Assembly: GCA_030645735.1 (NCBI GenBank)
Contig: JAUSNP010000004.1
Coordinates: 10,739 to 74,738 of the forward strand
Direction of reading: 5' to 3'
From: Candidatus Moraniibacteriota bacterium
GTDB lineage: Bacteria; Patescibacteriota; Minisyncoccia; Moranbacterales; UBA2206
Length of the DNA stretch: 64,000 nt
Shown: one piece after another, positions 58,377 to 64,000 of the stretch
Position numbering within the stretch: the stretch's first letter is position 1
Layout of the letters: each line of letters begins with the position of its first letter
Position numbers and translations under genes: made by a program
The notes under the pieces: generated by a model
Database searches by the model: none
The model's input: the letters and a program-made list of their open reading frames with translations, nothing else
What the model was told of the DNA's origin: nothing

Positions 58377-58396
58377 AATCCCGAGTACTCGGGATT
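58377..58396. promoter_or_regulatory. 20-nt perfect palindrome aatcccgagtactcgggatt in the pilin 5' leader/promoter region. It is a candidate operator or leader hairpin.
   Basis: Read directly from the sequence. The 16-nt core recurs inside the pseudo-tRNA-Asp at 48537-48552. Confidence 0.6.
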
Positions 58397-58487
58397 CTAT
58401 TAATTCTTATCTCTATCTTAAAATCATGTTTTCAAAAAATATTCCGTGAAATCAAGTGTGCTCAGGTACTAATCAGTGGTTCGGAAA

Positions 58488-59702
58488 CTACATCTGACCT
58501 GCAATATTGTAAATTGGCATAATCACAGAAAAGGACAGGAATGCCACGGCCACGCCAATCGCCACCATCAACAATGGTTCAATCAAAGTTGAAAGGTTTT
58601 TAGCCATATTATCAGCTTCTTGTTCATAGAATCTGGCCACATGCGCCAAAACGGAATCGATTTGTCCAGACTCTTCACCAATTCGCACCATCTGTGAAAC
58701 AATGGCTGGAATTTGCGGAGATCGGCGCAAAACATCACTCATTGAGCCACCAATGCGAACTTCGTCAGCCGCTTTCAAAAAAATAGATTCATATACAACA
58801 TTATCAATCACTGAACTTACGATATTCAAAGATTGAATAATTGGAATTCCGCCAGACAACAGCACAGCTAGATTGTCGGCAAACCTCGCCACATATAAAT
58901 TTTGATAAATTTTGCCAAAGATAGGCAATTTAATTTTTATTTGATCCCATTCTCTTGAACCATCTTCACTCTTGATATAATATACAACTCCGCCAACAAA
59001 TAAAATAATTGCGACTGCGATTGCCCACCAATAACTAGCCATGAAATCACTAATCACAATAATCACTTGTGTATACCAAGGCACGACGATATCCGGACCC
59101 ATATCTTTAATCATTACTGTCAATTTTGGAACTACAAAAGAAACTACTAAAAAAGCAATTACGAAAAAAACTACCAACACAATAATTGGATACATCATTG
59201 CCGACTTAATTTTAGTCGATAGTTTATAATTTTTTTCAATATTATCCGCCACATACTCTATCGACCTTTTCAGATTGCCTGAAACCTCCCCAGCCTTGAT
59301 GATATTGATGGCTAGACTTGAAAAGATGTCTCTATGTTTTTTCAACGCATCAGAAAAGGGCAATCCGTCTTGCACATCACCGACCATTTCAGCAATTATT
59401 TTTTGAAAATATTTATTCTCAATTTGTTCCTTAATTGCATTCAGGGAAGATACTATCGGAACCTTTGCTTCTATAAGAATTGCTAGCTGTCTGAAAAAAA
59501 CCATCAATTCACGCGTATCAACTCTATCAAGATACTTCAGAAATATCTTTTCAATTGAGTCATTATTCCCCTCCTCCTTAATCGCCAACGGAAACAGATC
59601 ATTTTTTTGAAGCAACTCAATCGCGACTTCGCTACTGGCGGCCTCAATAACTCCTTCTTTCAACTCGCCACCTTTATTTTTAGCCTTGAATAGAAATTTC
59701 AT
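58488..59702 (-). CDS. pilC: Type IV pilus inner-membrane platform protein (GspF/PilC family)
   Basis: A 404-aa protein with two T2SS-F repeats and three TM segments, positioned between the pilin and pilT. Confidence 0.85.
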   Translation of the reverse strand: MKFLFKAKNKGGELKEGVIEAASSEVAIELLQKNDLFPLAIKEEGNNDSIEKIFLKYLDRVDTRELMVFFRQLAILIEAKVPIVSSLNAIKEQIENKYFQKIIAEMVGDVQDGLPFSDALKKHRDIFSSLAINIIKAGEVSGNLKRSIEYVADNIEKNYKLSTKIKSAMMYPIIVLVVFFVIAFLVVSFVVPKLTVMIKDMGPDIVVPWYTQVIIVISDFMASYWWAIAVAIILFVGGVVYYIKSEDGSREWDQIKIKLPIFGKIYQNLYVARFADNLAVLLSGGIPIIQSLNIVSSVIDNVVYESIFLKAADEVRIGGSMSDVLRRSPQIPAIVSQMVRIGEESGQIDSVLAHVARFYEQEADNMAKNLSTLIEPLLMVAIGVAVAFLSFSVIMPIYNIAGQM

Positions 59703-59773
59703 TTTTTTATTTTATTTACCCACTGATTCTATATTTATTATACACCAGAAAATCAAAAAAATACACGGCTAAC

Positions 59774-60847
59774 CTATCGAAGCAACGACTGGAAATCACC
59801 TGGATTTTTCGCGAAGGAAACAGCAGTGTCAATGGAGATTATTCCTCGTCTTGCAAAATCAGCTAGAGATTTATCCATAGTCACCATGCCTTGATCAGAA
59901 CCTGTTTCAATTATATTATCTATTTGATAAGTCTTGCCTTCGCGAATCAAATTTTCAATAGCATGATTTTTAATCATAATTTCCACCGCTGGAATTCGCC
60001 CGCCATCAACTTTTGGAACCAATCTTTGTGAAATTACGCCCAAAAGTGAATTTGCAAGCTGAGCGCGCACTTGATTTTGTTGATGAGACGGGAAAACATC
60101 AATGATTCGATCAATTGTTTGCGCCGCATCATTCGTGTGCAGTGTGGCAAAAATCAAATGTCCGGTTTCCGCTCCAGTCATAGCAATGCTGATACTATCC
60201 AGATCTCGCAATTCGCCCACCAAAACTACATTGGCGTCCTCACGAAAAACTGCTTTAAGCGCCGATTGAAATGACTTGGAATCTTGATAGACTTCTCTTT
60301 GATTGATAATGCTTTTGTCCTGCTCATATATATATTCAATTGGATCTTCGATAGTGATGATGTGCTTTTCTTGGTTATGATTTATCTCATTAATGAGAGC
60401 TGCCAGGGTTGTGGATTTTCCATGTCCCACCGGTCCTACTACCAACACAAGTCCTTGCGTAAATTTAGTGAAATCATACAGAACTTCTGGCATATTCAGT
60501 TCATCCAGACGCCTAATTTCTTTCGGAATAAGCCGCATCGCTACACTAACATAACCTTGTTGAAAAAATATGTTTACACGAAATCTAGCCTTGTCCTCAA
60601 AATTGTATGACAAGTCAATTTGCCCTTCGGCTAAAAACTTTTTCTTTTTTTCTTCACCCAAAATCACATCTGCCATAGCCTGCGTGTCTGCTGGAGTCAG
60701 AATGCCATCTTGATTCAATGGAAAGAGACGTCCATCAACTCGCAAAGTAGGATGCCTACCTACCACTAAGTGCAGATCTGATGCTCCTTGTTGCGCCACC
60801 AGTCTCATTAAATTTTTTATTTGCTGTTCAGTATGTACTGTCCCCAT
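59774..60847 (-). CDS. pilT: Type IV pilus retraction ATPase PilT
   Basis: A 357-aa protein. Walker A is ..GLVLVVGPVGHGKSTTLAALI... There is an Asp box and a His box. Its size is typical of PilT rather than PilB. Confidence 0.85.
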   Translation of the reverse strand: MGTVHTEQQIKNLMRLVAQQGASDLHLVVGRHPTLRVDGRLFPLNQDGILTPADTQAMADVILGEEKKKKFLAEGQIDLSYNFEDKARFRVNIFFQQGYVSVAMRLIPKEIRRLDELNMPEVLYDFTKFTQGLVLVVGPVGHGKSTTLAALINEINHNQEKHIITIEDPIEYIYEQDKSIINQREVYQDSKSFQSALKAVFREDANVVLVGELRDLDSISIAMTGAETGHLIFATLHTNDAAQTIDRIIDVFPSHQQNQVRAQLANSLLGVISQRLVPKVDGGRIPAVEIMIKNHAIENLIREGKTYQIDNIIETGSDQGMVTMDKSLADFARRGIISIDTAVSFAKNPGDFQSLLR

Positions 60848-60948
60848 AAAATTTCACTCTCACATCAATCAAGGATCTAAAAAAATTAATCCAAAATATA
60901 ATCCGAGGTAGGTTTATTTTTTATTTTATACTTTTTTATTTATATGGC

Positions 60949-61353
60949 TTAATCTATGTCAGAGACTTGCTCTTCTTTATCTAAATAAATTCTAATCTTT
61001 GCTAGAACCTCGGATGGCGTGAAATGCGATTTAATTAAATAGTCATCTGCGCCTAAAATCATCCCCTGGTCGATATCCTCCTTCTGACTTAAATTTGTCA
61101 ACAAAATTATTGGGATTTTTTTCAACCTGTCATTATTTTTTATTTTCTCCAAAACTTCCAGTCCGTTTACGAACGGCATTATGATATCTAACAAAATAAG
61201 ATCTGGTTTGCAATCAATTTTTTCTAGTTTTTCCAATGCCTCCATTCCGTTATTAGCCGCTATAATGTCAAAGCCTTCTAGAGACAACTTCGTTTGGTAA
61301 ATATCCATCACGAAAGAATCGTCCTCAATAATCATGATAGTTTTTTTTGCCAT
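60949..61353 (-). CDS. Single-domain response regulator (CheY-like receiver, PilH/PilG-like)
   Basis: ..IMIIEDDSFV.. (acidic pocket), ..LILLDIIMP.. (phospho-acceptor Asp), ..PIILLTNLS.. (T/S), and ..DYLIKS.. (K). Confidence 0.8.
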   Translation of the reverse strand: MAKKTIMIIEDDSFVMDIYQTKLSLEGFDIIAANNGMEALEKLEKIDCKPDLILLDIIMPFVNGLEVLEKIKNNDRLKKIPIILLTNLSQKEDIDQGMILGADDYLIKSHFTPSEVLAKIRIYLDKEEQVSDID

Positions 61354-61369
61354 ATCTTTTTCTTATTAA

Positions 61370-63034
61370 TTAGTTATTTTCTTCTTCGAGAGAAACCCGG
61401 CTTTCTGTGACCCTTTCAATCTCCTCAATTGTTGTCTTGCCCAAAAATGCCTTCAAAATCCCATCTTGTCGCATCGTTAAAAACCCTAGCCTATCTCGTT
61501 CTTCGGTCAATAGATTTTCATTGCCTCTTTTCTCAATAATAATATTTCGCATAGCTTCTGTTATTCTAACGACCTCAAAAATAGCTAGCCGTCCGCTAAG
61601 CCCCGTGCCATTGCAGGCATCACAGCCACTGCCCTTGAAAAACTTAATTTCTTTTGACAAATCTATGCCATATTTATTCAATTCATCTGTCGAAATATTC
61701 TCCACTTCTTTCATAAGCATATCTCTAGTAGATTCTGCCAGATCAACTTCAATTTTGCAGTTTTCACAAATTTTTCGCACCAATCTTTGCGCCATCACAA
61801 GTCGCAGTGATGATGATAGCAAAAATGGCTCAATGCCCATGTCAATCATTCGTGGAATTGCCCCGATTGCCGTGTTGGTGTGCAAAGTTGAAAACATCAG
61901 ATGACCAGTGAGCGCAGCATGAACTGCCAATTCGGCTGTTTCACCATCGCGAATTTCTCCAACCATAATGATGTTCGGGTCTTGTCGCAAAATCGTGCGC
62001 AGTCCCGAGGCAAAGGTGTAGCCAATTTCTGGTTTGATTTGACTTTGATTTAGACCCTCAATATTATATTCGATTGGATCCTCCAAGGTTATAATATTCC
62101 GTTCCTCATTGTTCAAAATTTTTAGCATTGCATACAGAGTTGTCGATTTTCCTGAACCAGTTGGACCAGTCATCAAAATCATTCCATAGGTTTCTTTGAT
62201 AGCAGCCTGCATATTTTCTAAGGCTAAGCCCATCAGCCCCATTGATTCAACATCGCTCACGCCCTTATCCTTATCTAAGATTCTCATCACAATCTTTTCA
62301 CCATCAATAACTGGCAAGGTCGAAACACGAAAATCTATTGGATTGCCATTGTGCGAAAGTTGAAAACGACCATCCTGCGGCTTTCTTTTTTCATCAATTT
62401 TCAAATTGGAAAGAATTTTTATTCTCGATATTACAACTGGTCCGATTTCTTTGGGAATAATCAGACTCACATGCAAAACTCCATCTACCCGAAATCTCAC
62501 TCGGTAATCCCTGTCCATTGGCTCAATGTGAATATCACTGGCGTGTCCTTCAATCGCATGGCTCACAATAACTTGCACTAACTTCGCTACAGGAGCTTCT
62601 TTAAGGATTTGCTCATTGCTCCGATCAGTGTGGCTGGAATCACTGGCCTCATCAAATTTAACATCTTCAGAAAATGACCTGACTGCCTCCTTGACCATCT
62701 CTGCCGGTCCAGCATAAAAGGCAAACAACTCTTCAAGAATTTTTTCAGAAACTAAATAAATATTAATTTCCCTTTTTTCCTTCTCCGCAATGAAGCGCAA
62801 CATATTGAGCGCGTTTATATCCTGCGGATCAATCATAGCAACCTGTATAGCGTTGCTATCTCTTCCAAATACCACGATTCTGTTTTTCTTAGCAACTTCT
62901 TCGGGGATAATATTAATAACACTATTATCAATAACTTTAGGCGTCTTATCTAAATAGGCCACGCCTAATGAGGCCGCCTTGCTTGCGAAATCATCTCGTT
63001 CAGCTTGAATATTATTATTTTTGATATCACTCAT
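61370..63034 (-). CDS. pilB: Type IV pilus assembly ATPase PilB (GspE family)
   Basis: A 554-aa protein. It has an N-terminal GspII_E_N-like domain. Walker A is ..GMILMTGPTGSGKSTTLYAML... A tetracysteine (..CENCK...C..C..) is present. Confidence 0.9.
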   Translation of the reverse strand: MSDIKNNNIQAERDDFASKAASLGVAYLDKTPKVIDNSVINIIPEEVAKKNRIVVFGRDSNAIQVAMIDPQDINALNMLRFIAEKEKREINIYLVSEKILEELFAFYAGPAEMVKEAVRSFSEDVKFDEASDSSHTDRSNEQILKEAPVAKLVQVIVSHAIEGHASDIHIEPMDRDYRVRFRVDGVLHVSLIIPKEIGPVVISRIKILSNLKIDEKRKPQDGRFQLSHNGNPIDFRVSTLPVIDGEKIVMRILDKDKGVSDVESMGLMGLALENMQAAIKETYGMILMTGPTGSGKSTTLYAMLKILNNEERNIITLEDPIEYNIEGLNQSQIKPEIGYTFASGLRTILRQDPNIIMVGEIRDGETAELAVHAALTGHLMFSTLHTNTAIGAIPRMIDMGIEPFLLSSSLRLVMAQRLVRKICENCKIEVDLAESTRDMLMKEVENISTDELNKYGIDLSKEIKFFKGSGCDACNGTGLSGRLAIFEVVRITEAMRNIIIEKRGNENLLTEERDRLGFLTMRQDGILKAFLGKTTIEEIERVTESRVSLEEENN

Positions 63035-63073
63035 ATATAATGATTTACGATGTTGGGAGGATAAGCGAGCTGA

Positions 63074-63811
63074 TTATAGGACGAATGGGTTCGATCTACC
63101 CAGGGATCCTGCGTCAACTTTAGACATATCTACGCTTGTTTTATTTTTAATATCTTCTACCACATTCATATCAAATTTTCCATCTGCGAATATCTTTCTG
63201 TCGACATTGGCAACCGATGTAATCTTATTTAAATAATTGAAGGTTACTATCACTTTCGCCATCAGCGTATCATCATCAGCATTAGCGTCTCTTTTTATTT
63301 CGAGAGCTGAAATATTATTAAATCTTTTTAACGCGGATAATAATAAAATAAATTTCTTTATTTCTCCATAATCACCAGCGATTTCAATTTCAACTTTAAA
63401 ATTATCAACTAAACTCTCGGTTGACGGGGCATCCAACATCCCATCAACAACTTCTGCATTTTTAATCTTAGCATCTTTCAACACATCTTTTGTTGATATG
63501 CTGGCAATCAAAAGATCCGCTGATGAAGCTATGGAGTTTAAGCTATTAATGACCTCTTCATCTTGTTTTGCATCTGGCAAATACTGACGCAGCACTGTCT
63601 GCTGATCAGAGTTATAGTTCAAATCATTTGCAAGCTTAACTGCGTTCTCCCCCTTCATATTTATATCAACCAGCCTAGCCTCAGCTTTTACTAAGTTATC
63701 TTTGGCAGAATTAACACCATTTTGGCCAGCATATGCTGGAATAATAACCCAAATGACCAAATACAATCCGTACAACATTATTACAGGAGCAAACAATAAT
63801 TTTAATTTCAT
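63074..63811 (-). CDS. PilO/PilN-like bitopic pilus alignment protein
   Basis: A 245-aa protein with an N-terminal TM helix and a coiled-coil/periplasmic domain. It sits upstream of pilB in the T4P locus. The assignment rests on context and topology only. Confidence 0.4.
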   Translation of the reverse strand: MKLKLLFAPVIMLYGLYLVIWVIIPAYAGQNGVNSAKDNLVKAEARLVDINMKGENAVKLANDLNYNSDQQTVLRQYLPDAKQDEEVINSLNSIASSADLLIASISTKDVLKDAKIKNAEVVDGMLDAPSTESLVDNFKVEIEIAGDYGEIKKFILLLSALKRFNNISALEIKRDANADDDTLMAKVIVTFNYLNKITSVANVDRKIFADGKFDMNVVEDIKNKTSVDMSKVDAGSLGRSNPFVL

Positions 63812-63842
63812 AATGTTATCGACTCAAAAGAGTCATATTTAA

Positions 63843-64000
63843 ATTATTTAGATCTTATGCTGATTGAAAAATTAATTTTCCCATTTTCTCCTATTTTAGC
63901 GCTTCCAATGGTTACATCTGAAAAGGCTTCTGAATGCTTGAAACTCAAAATCTGTCTAGCTATGGCATCATAATTATCAGCTATGCATTCTAATTCAAGT
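63843..64000 (-). CDS. C-terminal part of another pilus-locus ORF (possibly PilN/PilM), truncated by the window edge
   Basis: The frame is open to the window edge and ends ...DVTIGSAKIGENGKINFSISIRSK*. Confidence 0.3.

Overview
This window is AT-rich and almost entirely minus-strand coded. It looks like a reduced-genome bacterium of the Patescibacteria/CPR type, judging by an unlinked 23S-5S rRNA pair carrying expansion insertions, a FISUMP-domain protein, giant cell-surface proteins and a compact type IV pilus locus. The contents fall into five groups.

(1) Three paralogous giant fibre-like surface protein genes of 1499, 2109 and 2447 aa, at 6.3-10.8, 18.3-24.6 and 24.9-32.2 kb. They share a nearly identical C-terminal module of about 330 aa, and the similarity extends to the DNA level. 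They also share beta-helix-like repeats (GNVGIGTT, NTxGxxNxAxG, SGDFLDF). A 23S-5S rRNA operon lies between the first and second.

(2) Housekeeping genes: a lytic transglycosylase, rplY (L25/Ctc), a SEDS-family RodA/FtsW, gyrB, gatC, gatA and NAD-dependent ligA.

(3) A co-directional block at 35.3-43.5 kb. It holds a Type III restriction-modification pair (mod 41372-43534, res 38109-40784) that has unusual extras: two small ORFs wedged between mod and res, a trypsin-like serine protease, an acidic small protein, and two copies of a small paralogous protein family each followed by a membrane protein. This is the most likely candidate for the undescribed system.

(4) A phage-like integrative module at 43.6-48.5 kb. 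It contains hypothetical and small Cys-motif proteins, a third copy of the small protein family, a 1.1 kb GC-richer non-coding stretch, and a large serine recombinase whose 3' end overlaps tRNA-Asp. tRNA-Met and initiator tRNA-Met follow, together with a pseudo-tRNA-Asp fragment.

(5) A complete type IV pilus locus at 53.7-64 kb: a FISUMP-domain protein, three pseudopilins, PilD, two pilins, PilC, PilT, a CheY-like receiver, PilB, and PilO/PilN-like proteins.

Several small repeat families (intergenic palindromic elements of about 130 bp, an 18-20 nt palindrome, tandem oligomers) are scattered through the window. No CRISPR array and no 16S rRNA are present.
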